DNA of 62,942 nucleotides, filler included, from Bipalium vagum (GCA_037834085.1; 3 parts of 3 records of this genome joined end to end with filler, not necessarily neighbours in it), one strand, 5' to 3'; counted from the first letter of the whole stretch, positions 39,130-53,085 are shown. Notes: generated by a model from the letters alone, not told the origin. A program made the numbers and translations.

Positions 39130-40042
39130 TGTTAGGTTTACCCAAGACACCCCTCGGGGAAAAATAAGTAACGAAAACCATAAATAAGGTATAAATAATT
39201 TTTTTAAAAAAATAATATTAATAATTAAAAATAATGAACACTCGAAAAAAATAAAATAACCCTCCAAAAATAATTTGTATTTTAAAGAAGCCTGAAAGAG
39301 GTATTTTAATAAATATGAAGGATCATAATAAAATAATTTTTAGGGAATTTTAGAATTTTAAGTGCAATTCCGAGAATATTTCCCAGATGAAGAGCAGTTC
39401 CAAATAGTATATAAGCAAAGGGATTTCAGTAGATTTTCACCCCTCAGAGAACATAGTTGAATAAGATTTGAGACGACAGATTCAGACTTAAAAAGGATCA
39501 GATTTGCGACGACAGAATCAGATTTGAGGCGGCAGATTCAGATTTGAGACGGATTTAGACTTACGGCAGATACAACCAAGTAATACTATTTTTCATTCCT
39601 GGCTATGCTTAAAATTCCCCACCAACGGGTTATCGGTGAGCAACCGTTAGGGCTTAGACGATAACTCGGAAGTTTAAGCACCAAATAAACTGTAAGGTTT
39701 TTCTTTTTGTTTTTTTTACTGTAATTTAAGTAACCATTAATTTTGATTAAGATAGAGTATAATTAGACTTTGAATTTAACATTATAATTACTGTTTTATA
39801 CTAAAGAATTTATTATTTTATTAATTACTTTGATTGTTGTTCGATTACATTCAATTTCGAAGAGTGGCTTGATTGTGAAACGTTTCAGACATTTATTGTG
39901 ATCCCAGACTTGTGCATTATCTTTTTGAATTTCAGTATACTGTATTTTGTGTTGGCGTGGTATAAATACAAGTGTTGCTTTACTGATTGTTTTTATTTGC
40001 GCCACCTAAGATTGGGAGTCAGGTTTAGATTTGATACACTAA
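39130..40042 (+). mobile_element. LTR-like repeat, copy 4 (runs into the gap)
   Basis: TG start, TATATAA at 39408, ~20-bp degenerate repeats (AGATTTGAGACGACAGATTC) at 39464-39570, AATAAA at 39684. Colinear with copy 1. Confidence 0.7.
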
Positions 40043-40142
40043 NNNNNNNNNNNNNNNNNNNNNNNNNNNNNNNNNNNNNNNNNNNNTTAATTAATTAANN
40101 NNNNNNNNNNNNNNNNNNNNNNNNNNNNNNNNNNNNNNNNNN
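40043..40142. other. Assembly spacer (N44-TTAATTAATTAA-N44)
   Basis: Linker at 40087-40098. Confidence 0.97.

Positions 40143-40212
<70 letters not shown>
40143..40212. repeat. (TAT)n microsatellite at the contig end
   Basis: Perfect trinucleotide run. Confidence 0.97.
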
Positions 40213-40216
<4 letters not shown>

Positions 40217-41995
40217 AATTTATGATTAAAATGTTACTTATCCGTCGCTCATACGTAAATAGAACAAACATGGATAAGAACTCGGTCCGTAGAAAAGTCT
40301 GCTGATCTCGTAATAATCAAGTATCGATAAAATTGATAGAGTGGAAGTGGTTGTGAAAAGCAAATCACGTCTCACATCGATCCAGGAATCAGCAGAGACC
40401 AATAATGGCTAATTTATTGCCATTGCTTTTGCTATTGGTATTCAATAAGCCGCTAGACTCGTAGCTTGACACTTCATAAATGCACAGTGATCTTCACGCA
40501 TGGCTGACTTCGCACTGTGAGAATGCACGGCCACAGCCAAGCCACTATAACTGAATGATCAGCCACTCCGTACCAGCTTGCTTTAAGTACCGTGGTCCAT
40601 TGTTGGTACAAGTTAAAAGTAAAGCAAGATTTAAATTAAATCATCATCCACCTTTGCAAGATTAAACTTTTTTCACATAGCACAATCGGTCTAATCTCTC
40701 ATGACAAGTTGGTTTTGTGAAGAGAAAAAAAATGTCGACATGTGCTCATTTGGGGACCATAAAACGTAGTACTAATTTCTGCTCCAGATGGGCTATAAAA
40801 TTTGGAGGAGGGGACCAGGCACAACAACTCTGAGGATCAGTGGGTATGTATTACTTCCTGCAATTGATTTCGACTGTGAAACTTATTGAACTTTTAATGT
40901 GCTCTTGCACGGATCATGACAAGATCCACTAAAGATTGGGTAACCCAACGCTCACCTAATTTCCTTTGACATCACAAGACTAAATTGCATCATATCTGTA
41001 AAGGTGAAGTTCATTTTATGACTTAAATAAAAACTAAGCCAATCAGATTGAAATATAAATAGTTTAGCTTGTAAAATAATAATAAGATTATAAAAAAATA
41101 TTAATAAATTTAATAATAATAATAATAAAAGTAATTATAACAAAAATAATAAATAATAATAATAAAAAATATATTAATAAATATTACTAATAATAAATAA
41201 TAATACTCAAAATCAATAAATTAATAATAAGAAATAATAATAATATCCTTTCACACACCATGGTCATTACTTACTAATCAATAACACAAATTTCACAGTC
41301 CACCTAAAATAATATCTTTTCCTTTTCCAAAGGAAGAGAAGTCGATAGGAATAATATTAATAATTGATAATAAAATAATATAATATTTTATAGTGGTACA
41401 AAACTGTTGCGTACTTCCGTTTGATTAATTTTCCAACTCGGAACCCGAGGTAAAAGCAATTGTAATGGTTATCATTTTGGATGAAGGACGTGGGGGATTG
41501 TGAACAAGTAACGGGTTCTCAGAACACCGAACATTAACGAAACCCTCTGACCCAGCCCTCCAATGTTTAATATTAATTATATCTTTTTATTACCATATAA
41601 ATGATATCATAATATTATCATTAATCGATTTACGTCGCGTATTCCATTTTCGCCTTGACTGTTTCGGAAAGAGCTTTCGTCGGTTGTCTCAGTTGTTTCA
41701 TACGTACATTCAGTCTAATTACGGCCGAAAGGTCAAAAGTCCGGCTATCACCAAACATTTATTATGACGATAACCTGATAAATCATGCAGGGGGCGCCAA
41801 TGCTGAAACGGAAAGTTCCTCTGCTAAAGTCCTTTTTTGTAGAAAACGTGTTTTCAGTAATTATTTGATCGTTCGTGATAAAAGATTCTGCGATTGATAA
41901 AGTGAATAATGTTGGCCGAAGGGAAAATATTACATTTCGATCAATCCCCAGAAAATGTAAAAGGAAAGAAAACAGGAAAACGTCGGAAGAAGAGC

Positions 41996-41997
<2 letters not shown>

Positions 41998-42073
<76 letters not shown>

Positions 42074-42250
42074 ATAATTATAATTATAATAATATTATCA
42101 ATAATAATTAAAATAATAAAATATGACTAATAAAAATAATATTAATAATAATTATAGTAATAAAAAATATTAATATTAATAATAATTATAATAATAAAAT
42201 ATTAATATTATTAATAAAATAATATAATAAAAATAATAATAATTATAATT
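41998..42250. repeat. (AAT)n microsatellite plus degenerate AT-rich flank
   Basis: Perfect run at 41998-42067. It explains the poly-N and poly-I ORFs. Confidence 0.95.
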
Positions 42251-45200
42251 ATCTCTTCCATTTTTTAAAAAAAAGTGCCCTGAAATCAGTCTTAACCCTT
42301 TCATCGCTACCTTCTTTTCCAAAACAATATTCGGGTCAGTGCTTAGCAGTACCAAATTGTTTTTTTTTTGGTACATTTTATTGCTGGTTTTATGAACACC
42401 TTCTGAATGGAACACTTAAATTATTTCGTTACATTTAATGAATCGTTGGATTTAATTATTACAATAACAGACACCAGCGAGATCAAAAGGGTCGGGATCA
42501 TTATCTGTGGCGGTTCCACATTAAAATAAAAATAAAAAATAATTTCTGTGAAATAAAACTCTGAAATATATAAAAATGAAAAACGAAAATTTCTATCAGA
42601 AATCGATTAATTACAAAAACGTTTTTATTGATTTAATCTTTAACTTTTAAGAAATAAACAACTTAAATAATGTACAAAGGAATTTTTAATTAGATAACAA
42701 AATATTTTCTGAAATATTAATAATAATAATAATAATAAATTTTTAAAAACATCAACAAAAAATAATAATAATAAAAATAAATTTTAAAAAAATCAAAAAA
42801 AAATAATAAACTTTTCAAAATTCAAAAAATCAAAAATAAATAAATAAAAAAAAATAATATTAATAATAAATTTTTAAAAATCAAAAAAAAATAATAAATA
42901 ATAAAAAAATAATAAAGGCTCAACAGTTATTATCATTCATTTTATAGAAAAAATGACAATTGATTTTGTCCTTATTGAAAGTTTCAAAATAGATTTTGAC
43001 CAATGAAAAGATTAAGAAAAAATATAATATTAATAATATTTATTATAATGTTATTATTTATATTTTAGATCGCATTTTTTGAGCTTGAAAGCATTTTTTT
43101 ATAAAACGAGAGAAATTTTATATTAAAATTCTCCTCTTTTGGCTCAATAATTAATTTATAACAATTTTTTCAAAATTGTACGAAAAAAATGTCTTGGAAA
43201 ATTTGCCTGGACATATTTTATAGGGAAAAAATATCGGGAAAAGTTATCTCTTTGGAAGATATTTAATAAATAAAAAAATCAACGTTGACAGATTTGTTTT
43301 ATTAGAATTATTTATTTTCCTCTTCGTAGAACTGCCAAGAATTTATAAAAATGTGGAAAGCCAAAATGTCAATGTCAAAAAGTCAATCAATGTAAAAGAG
43401 AGACCAGGAAACCGTTTTTACATGTCACTTCCATCGGTATTTTCATAGCTGGCTTGAATCCGATCAATAGTTTATGTGGTGGATCATATATCACTACAGC
43501 ATCAGCAGCCAGCGGTCGGTTGTGTCCGCCGTTCGTTGCTTCGATCCTGACTCGAAAAGGGAGACGAACGACCAAGACTCCGTTCTGGACGAAATCCCAT
43601 CCAACGGCCTGGCAGCCACCACAATAATAATTGGTCATTATTTACGAACAAATCCCAGATTCTATTTCCGATAATTATTTCCTAATCCAGCCTCATTAAT
43701 GCTTAATCGCATATTCAAGAGCCCAACGCGGGCCGGGAACGTTATCAGTTCTTACGATTTCCCTGTCATGTCACTATTCGTCGAAGATTGCTCACTAATA
43801 ATAACTTCTGTCAACATTATATGCCGAGAGCCGAGGATGAAAGATCAGCAGAGACTATTGAAAATGATATTAATTTTCCGAGGATTACCCAGCCCGACTT
43901 TCCGAATCAAACTTTTTCTCGTCTACTTTCAATCGACTAACAATGCTGGTTAAGGTGCATCATTTCAATTCGTCTACTCCAGACCTCTCAAACACTGCAA
44001 ACCATTCAAAATCTGCACAAGTGGTAATTCTTTGAATTCTATTTTCGTTTCTCAATTCTTACGGGACCCAAAAACTCAGTTTGACGATCTTCTCAATACT
44101 TTTTTTAAAATTCGAAATAGTTTTCTGATCTCAACCATAATTCTCGGCCACATCATAAGCGGTTCGATTTTTTATCTGCTCACAACATGTCATCATTCTC
44201 GTCAGCTGGAGATCCCGGTCTGGGTTGGTCAAAATGAATATTACCTTCTGCAAACTGACACCAATTCTGGCATCGACACACACTAATGGTACCTGGATAT
44301 TTATTGTGCTAATGTTGTCGGTCGCAACCGTTGCGATGATTCCGCTCTTAAAATGGAAGACTGTGCAGTGCCCGTATGAAATTCATAATTTTATACTTTT
44401 ATTTAAAGTTATTAGAATACATTTAATGCATATTTAAAGATCAATACCTTCATAAATTCATCAATAAATTCAATAATTGCAACTTAGATACTAATTAAAT
44501 AAATCTACAAATATGATATTAAAATAAGTAATTATTTATTATTTAAGCTGATTCTTAAACTGAAAAAGATATCCAATTCAAATAGCTCACTTTAATCAAC
44601 CTAAACGAAATTATTATATTTTCAAATTAAAATTATTTATAAAAAATATTTTTCATTATTATTATTATTATTGCTAAAACATTGAGTAATTCAAAACTTT
44701 TGTTACAGTTGACAAAGACTTTAATTAATAATAAAAATAAAAAATTATATTTTTAAAAATCAATAAACATTAATAAGGATAATATTGAGATAAACTGTTA
44801 GCAGTGCTCGTCCTAGCTTGGGGGTTTCTGTGAAATGTAGAACACTTTAACGGGATTAAACGCCCAATAGTCCAATTTGGATAGAGAAAACTCATTGAGC
44901 AATTGCTGATTGGGAATGAGACGAAATTATGCTTCAACAGCTCTTGTGGAAATCTCTTCCATTAAAGATTAATGAAACTCCCTTTCCACAGATTCTGCCA
45001 ATTGAAGAGATTGTCATTTAATGATGGGCCATCTTCGTCTACATTATTACCACCAATGTCTTCTTTGAAACCGAAAGAAAAGAAATATTTGGGAAAACTC
45101 CGTGCCATAGAAAACCTGTGGCCCTTTCCAAGGCCTTTTGTTCAACTCTCTTATTTGTTAAATTTCAGTATCATTTTCATTAATATTTAATGACATCGAT

Positions 45201-46430
45201 CTGGCAAGGAGGCCTTGCAGCATTTTTCCATAAATAAATAAATAAAGATTGTAAATAAACTGGTCAGCTTATACTGCGTGGTGGTACGCGACACTCAGCA
45301 ACACTCTCTGTACTCGACCACCACTTCGCATCGTTCGCGATTGATAACCCCTCGTAGAACAAACTGACAGCTCCAACGGAATAAAGTTTGCCATAAAAAT
45401 TTACTTTCTTTACTCCTTACTGCATTCACTGCCCAGATCGTCCTGTAATATTTTGTTTATTAACTCTCTTTTATTGCATTACCTGTCCATTTTCACTTAA
45501 TAACATTATCCTCGTCGTTTTATGCCGGGATAGTACTGTCAACAACGAATAATTTATTGTGTTTTCATTGTGGCCCAGACCAAGGAATTTCTCTTTCTCA
45601 TTCCAACATCATTACTCTCCAACACCATCATCATCACCGTATTGGGGAAATATATATGAACGAAACAATTGTGGCCAAATTTTTGTCGAGAGAATAAGGG
45701 TTTCCTCCTTGTCACATAAATAATGTAGAGAAGAAAACCAACCGATTTCCCGTAGTCTTTCCTGTCAATCAATTCTCCAACAATTTCTCCTTTCTTCTTG
45801 TATGGTTGAGAATATGTTTCATAGTGTTGATACAATGCAAAACGTTGCGGTTTCGTAAGATAATCGTTGAACTTTCTTTATGTGACAGCTTTTATTATAC
45901 TAATGATGATAATATCACTTATCAAGACTGGGTATCTCTTTCCAGCGAGGGCCTAACGCTGTCTCCCCTACGAATATTTCCCTTGTCAGTGTCTCTCTGG
46001 CGAAACTGATGGAGGAGAAATAAATTTTAATTAAAAAAGCAAACTACATGAAAGCGAACGAATGCATTTGGCAACCAGAACAAATTATAAAAATAACAGA
46101 AATGTCAGACATTTTTTGTTTGCAAAGAATTAATGTTTCATGTTTGATTATGGAGATTGCAATAAGGAAAACGCAGCTGAGACTTTGGAGAAGGGTGAAG
46201 TGATGCAACTTCTCTGTCAGGAGGGTGTGATGGTGGAGACGAAGCTTGGAGATGGGAATCACGGACTTCTCTCGAAATTAAATAAAACTTTTTGCTTGTA
46301 TAATTGTCAAAGCATTTCACTTTGAAACATTCTTTATTAATTTCTTTTTTATTACATACTTTAACAAGATATTTATTTATTTACATTATATTATATATAT
46401 CTCCACTTATATATATATCTTTATCCATAT

Positions 46431-46620
46431 ACAGGGTGTTCATAAAATATGTATACACAATTTCAAAATGTAATACCGTAAAGATTTCATATTTTCTTAC
46501 GGAACCTTAACACATCTATGTAGGCGATTATATAAGTCATTCATAACATTTCCACTACATTGTGTACATCTTTAAAAACAGTTCATAAAACTGACTACTT
46601 TTGCATTTTTACCCTTTACA
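46431..46620. mobile_element. Tc1/mariner-type terminus fragment
   Basis: TA|CAGGGTGTTCATAAAATATGTATACA is a typical CAGGGTG TIR start. No convincing partner end. Confidence 0.45.
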
Positions 46621-47849
46621 ATTTGGACTTTGTTTTGGACTTCCAAAGATCAAAAAAATGCTATTCTCTTTGAATTTTTCAAATATCTTCCTCATTGTCA
46701 TCACTGTAGGTATCTTTTTCCGTTTCATTTGTTTAAAATGACGTTTAATTAATGAGACTGATTCCATCTTAAGCTATCGGTAAAAGAAATTTCACTCTTT
46801 CTTCAGTGAAGAACATTATTAAAATTTGAATTGACCGCAATTAAATTCGATAATATTGACTTATTAAAACAATTGAACGCTTTCTTAGAAAAATATGTAA
46901 TTATGATAAATATATTTTACTGAGCTCCAAAATCAGATAGTTCCTTTATATACACCAGGTGCATGTATTATATAATATAATGTTTTAATTATATTTATAT
47001 AATATAATTTTAATAATTCTCGGAATTTTCAATAAAACATGAATTGCGATTTAAAGAGAATTGGGATTAAATATTTAATTAGAATAATTCCCAGGTACAA
47101 AACGTTATTTAATTATTGAACCATCATAAGCTGGAGAAATGTCATTTTCAAAGGTTTTGCCAAGAAAAACTTTTTAGGGCGCTTTAAAAATGAATGCCAT
47201 TTGTTAATTACAAAATCTCAAAGAAATAAAAAAGCATTTAAGAAAATACAACGACGAAGAGAGAAAAGAAAATATTTTAAAGAAAATGAAAAGGACTACG
47301 AGAAAAATGTTTAAATAATAATTATCAAAACAATTTTTTGTCAAAACTGGAAAAGAAAGAATAATACTGGGGTTCATTATGACTTGACATATTACATATT
47401 ATTATGAGATATTATTATTATTACTTGAGATATATACAAAAACATTTATATTCATTCCAAAACAAAAGAACTGAGAAAAATGTCTAAAACCGAATGAAAA
47501 TGGGTGACATGGATTTTTTTTCAATGATAAATAAATAATAATTATTATCAGCTGACATAATAATTAAAAATAATAGTAAACAAAGTCGTTCTATTGACAA
47601 GAAGAGAGAATGAAAAGGATTTGAGATGGAATTGTTGTTACAAAGTGATATTTATTTCGCAGTAAAAGACACTGTTCCAATTGTTGTCTAATGGATTTAA
47701 TGTGTCCCAAGTAACGTTTTTCACGATAAAATATTATTATTATTTTTCCTTTATGATGTTTTTAAATAAATCAATTAATTATTTCGCTTTCTTACAACCT
47801 GGAGTCAACTTTTAATTTTTAAATTTCATGAAAATATAACTCTAAATAT

Positions 47850-48160
47850 AAAATAAATAAATAATAATAAATTATAGAAAATAAATAATATAAAATAAAT
47901 AAAAATAATTAATATAAATAATATAAAATAAATAAAAATAATTAATATAAATAATATAAAATATTAAAAAAATAATATACAAAAATTAAAAAATTAATAT
48001 AAAATAAATAAAAATATTTAATATAAAAAAAAATAAAAGTAATTAATTTTAAAAATAAAAATAAATATTTTAAAAATATTTTTAAAACTAATAAAAATTA
48101 AAAATAAAACATAAGAATAATTAATATAAAATTAATAATTAAAAATAATTAATTATTTCA
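47850..48160. repeat. Degenerate ~31-bp AT-only tandem repeat
   Basis: TAAATAATATAAAATAAATAAAAATAATTAATA repeated 2-3 times, then decaying. Confidence 0.7.
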
Positions 48161-50287
48161 AAAAGATGCATAAAAGAAATAAAAGAAATTCAAAGTTTAT
48201 GAAAGAACTTAACATCAAAAAATTGAATGAATGGTGAGAAAGAAAAAAAAGATAACAAATGAAATCATTTTGGGAACATGTATCATACCCTTTCGTCAAC
48301 TTTGAGAGGTTCACCAATTTTCAAGGTTAACATAAACAAGGAGAGAAAATAATCAACAGTTTCTTTAGAAAAAGTGGTGGTGATGGTGGTGGTCAATGAC
48401 GATGTGCTAAGAAAGCCGAATGGAAATCGAAACATGTAATGGGATTAATTATTTGAAAGCTGAGAAAAATAAATTTTAGTGAAAAATCATGAAAATAATT
48501 TAATAGAAAGCATCACTTTTCAAATCGGATTTCTCTTTTATAGATCCATTAGTGAATTTTCGCTTAATAAAACAAGGAGAGGTGACAAATATCTTGATAA
48601 CATGTTACGGATGCTTCCTTGGATGCAGCGGAGAATATTTTATTTATATATATTTTTATTTTATATTTCCACAGAACTAAAAAAATTACAGAGTAATTAA
48701 TTTAAAAGAATTTTCTTAATTAATTAATATTAATTACGAAATCTTGAGAAGAACTCCATTAATAATTAGATTAATTTGTTTGAATCGGGTAATTATATTT
48801 GATATTTCAATATTTCAATGCACGAGTCGTAACTCGTAACTTATTTCTTCTCTTTCCATTTCAAGAATTATTTATTAATGAATTTTTCTGAATTTTTTAA
48901 ATGGAAAAAGAATTGGAACCTTCTCAAACAAGTCGGTCTTCGAAGCCAGACAAATCTTCAAACGGCTCCAAATCCTATTATCACTAAACGATTTCTCTGA
49001 TCCAATTATTTCCATTTTCCTCCGAAAATGGTCTTTCCGCCACGACGTTCACTCTAAAATATTAATTCCCTCATAAATCCCGAACCCAATCAATGAGAAA
49101 AAGCATGGCCAACATTTAGACAATGTTGACTGTGTCCTTATTTTATTTATTATTTTTTTATTCGCTGAAACTTCAGTAATCAAGTAATTAAATTAATTGA
49201 CACTATCTTCAATGTGCATTGATGTAGCCAAAGCCACATTAGAGACCTTGCAATAATTACCTACAAATTACTCTATTAAATTATTTTACAATCATTTAAA
49301 CAAATAAATGTCATCGTCTTAATTGAAAAATAAATATATTTCAATGATATTTTACGCTTATTCCATCGCATCGAAACGGTCGCGGAAAATTGTAGGAAAA
49401 ACTTATAAAATCGACTCGTTAACTTTTTTGGATTGAAATTTATCCTCTTTCCAGCAGAAGAACGAAGAAACCCTATTGTTATTAGGCTCGTGTTCATTGT
49501 AAATGCAATATGTAAATAGAGAATAATTAGCACTTCCTTTGACAGTTTCCTGATAAACTTAAAAATACCTCGCATGAAAGGCGAATTCCCGATCCAATTA
49601 TTGTACGGCTTTTATTCCCATTATATAAAAGCGCTTGAACATTAATCGACATTGTCAAAGACAAAACAATGCATAAAATGTATAATTAAGCTAAAAATAC
49701 ATCAAAAATGTTTTTAACTACTCTTTTCTTTGCGTTCCTTTTATTATTTTATACTCGTCATTGAAAGTCACGAGAAAGAACAAGGTAGAAGAAATAGAAT
49801 CCTTAAGAGCAAGCAGTTTCTTTAATCACAAAAAAGATTCTAGAACTTATCCTTATGTCCTCTGGAGACTTCGTCACAACAAAATCTTTAAAAATTTCCC
49901 ACAATCGATGTAGATTTATTTCAGTGTAACAGTGGAAAAAGACCGATAACGATAAAGAACAGACAGAGAGAGAGAGATGTGAAAAAAAGAAAAACACTGA
50001 GAGTCCTTATAATAGCGAATAATGGGAAAAGATAAGAAAAAAGAATGAAGAAAAGAGAATTCGAAAGAAAAACAATTTCTTGGATAAGTTCAAATGGAAA
50101 CAAACGACACACTATCCACTATTACATTATATTACATTATGAACATTTGAAGACTTTTTTGGCTAGACAGAATCTAATAAAAAATTAACTAAATTTTAGA
50201 GAAAAAATCAAATTCCGTCGTCGAATAATAATCCATCGTAGAAATAAAAATTTAATTCCCGTAATTAATTTCATTTTTTGAAAAATG

Positions 50288-50322
<35 letters not shown>

Positions 50323-53085
50323 TTAATTATAAATATTAAAACAGGAAAAAAATCGACAAGACATGTTGAGGCCTTTGTAATGGATTTGATCAAAGGACAA
50401 ATGTTTTTAAATAGTTAGAAGAAAATCTTTTTGGGATGATAAAATCCTATTGAAGAAAAAAGCATCAATGAACGTTCTTGGATGAGAACAATTGAAGCCA
50501 TTGTCTGGAATCTTTTTCACAAAAGAATGGCAGATTTCCCCATATTTTCTTGAAAGGGAAAATCGTTTTTATTTGACTGAAAATATATCGTCAGAGTTGA
50601 ACTTTTTCCTTTCCCTTTCTACAAAGCTGAGGGCTTGAAATTTGAGACTTTATCATTTAATAATAAATCATAATTGTTTTCCATTGGAAAACTGAATCTC
50701 ACTCGCCCAGAGTCTGAGAATGTTTGTCCAGATCATCAAATTACTTATGAGCAAAACTATATCCCCTGACAGATCATACAACTCGATGTCTCATTGTGGA
50801 TTTTCCTATTAATTTTAAGTTCAGATTGAAATTTAATCAATTAGAATTTTGGGTTAATTAAATAAAATAAATTAAAAAATCGCAAAAAGGAAAATATTAA
50901 ACGAAGAAAATAATATAAATAAAATAATAATAATTATTATTATTCTAAAAGAATTGGTCTACAAGAACAATTGGGATGCCAAAAATTTTGAAAAATTAAT
51001 GATTTAAATCAATATTATTTGACAAAAAAAATAACAAGGATATCATACAAGGGTATTAGGTCAGCCTACTCGAAGTAAAGTCGATTCTGCTCGAAGATAT
51101 GGTGTCGTTGAATGTCAATGGCTTTATTAATAAAAAATATACATTATTTCTAAAACTTCTTCATTTTTTGTTTGGTGTAATAATTTTTAGGGGGTTATGC
51201 CTCTTCAAAATGTAGACCGGATATTTGGCCTACACCCTTTATTATAAAAATAGGTTATGATCAATGATCTATGTATAGGTCAAAAAACGAATGGTTTGGG
51301 ACATGGAGCTCAGTTTGAAACCGCCATTTCTTATACTCCGCGAACTAGAGCCCGTGTCCGGCACAGATCGGGGGGCATCTGAAAAACGAGAACTTTTTCT
51401 TAGTAAAATAAAACAGAATCGTAGATTGAAAAAACTATTTTCATCTTGAAATCAAAATGGAACCATTGTGTTTCGTTCAGCAAAGAGATGTTATCACTAC
51501 AATTCCATAATATTTACGTTAATAAATTTCATTACATAATAAGATTATCTCCACTTTAACTGTTCTCTCATCAAATCAGATAGAGAAATCTTTCATTTCT
51601 AAACACCAGTTTCCGTTTGATAGGAATTTCAGCCTTTGAGAAACAAAGAGATAATAAACATTTGTCTTGTTTTAAAGAGGGACTGTGTTAAACGGGACCG
51701 AGGATTGATTGAGGTGAAGAAGCCAGTCCTGAGAATGGAAACTCCCTCTAATAATAAGAAAACGCCAACACAAATTCTACTGCGATTTTTCTCCAACAAA
51801 AACCCCTTCAAAGTCGGTTCGTTTAAGAAAAAATTGTCACCACTTCCAAAGAATAACAAAGCACGGATTGGATTTATTATTTTAATTGCCAAAAAATGTT
51901 TTCGTTATGTAAACGAGTCGACATACCCGGTTTATGAATGACATAATGCCTGATAAAATATGAAAAAGAAAAACATGGCTTCATCTTACTGTTTTGTCGA
52001 TGACAATTTGTCAGCGAAACTCGTTCAACTAATGAACGACTATTCTCGAAGGAACGACAAAAAACGTATCTTTTTCAATTCTCATTAGCATTGGGGGCAA
52101 TTAAAGAAAATAACCACCATAACCAATGTAGCATCTGGTGAAAAAAGACAACGTTGCTGTTTTGTTTTTCACTCTTCGTCACTGAAACCACTGGAAAGAA
52201 AACCTAACGAGGAATCTCTGGGGGAGAAACATCTGGATTTTGTGCTATCTTTCCATAAAATAACAAAATCTCGTTCCAAGACCCCAAACAATCATGTGGC
52301 TTACTCATGTCATTTTGCAGATTTTTGCCCTATTTGTTTTTCATTCTCGATTTCTTATTATCGTCTGGTGGCGCAATAAAGTAGAAATGTTACTTAATTA
52401 TCGCGCACGGAAAGTAAGTCGTTAAAACAAATTTGGTGGACATTGATAATTGAAGACCCAAAAAATGGACATTGTCTTTTTATTTGTTTGGATAATTTTA
52501 AAAAATGAAAACGTTATTATCTTTTTTTTAGAAAGAAAAGATTCCACAAAGAGATGACATTTTTAGACTATTTTATGAAATCATTCCAATAATGATTTTA
52601 TTCACATTAATTAATAAATCTAACAAAGAAAGCGATAAAATCATTGATAAACTTTCGCCAAACAGAAACGAACTAAAAAAACTTCTTTGTGTCTGCAAAA
52701 CAAACGCGTCCGCCATTAATGTTTCTTTATCTCAATGTTACCAATAAGATCAATGTTTTTTTTCTCAATTGAAAAATATTGCAATATTTATATTCAATAA
52801 TACCGTAAGTCGTTCAATGAAAAACTCAATAAAACACATGAGAAAATATTCGAAAAAAAAATAATAATCAAATTGCAAATTTCAAAACAAAAAATCCTGA
52901 CACAAAAGTAAAACCAATAAATTAATACTCACGTTTGTCATATTTAAATAGTAAAAGCCATATAAACAGTGTTGAAAATGGATTTCTTTATCGGAAAAAT
53001 CGGTACTGACAAAAAACAAATGTAACTGAAAGCAATTGTTCAAGGCTTTAGTACAAATATTAATAATTATTATCAATCTGAATTG

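Noticed and set aside
39464-39570. Short repeats that might suggest a CRISPR array
   Set aside because: Degenerate tandem units without unique spacers, inside an LTR-like repeat in a eukaryotic context; no cas genes.
41875-42415. Poly-Asn, poly-Ile and poly-Tyr ORFs
   Set aside because: Translations of the (AAT)n microsatellite.
44354-44375. TGGAAGACT (miR-7-like 5' end), and TAAATGCAC at 40477 (miR-277-like)
   Set aside because: No complementary arm forming a precursor hairpin, and the 3' halves do not match.
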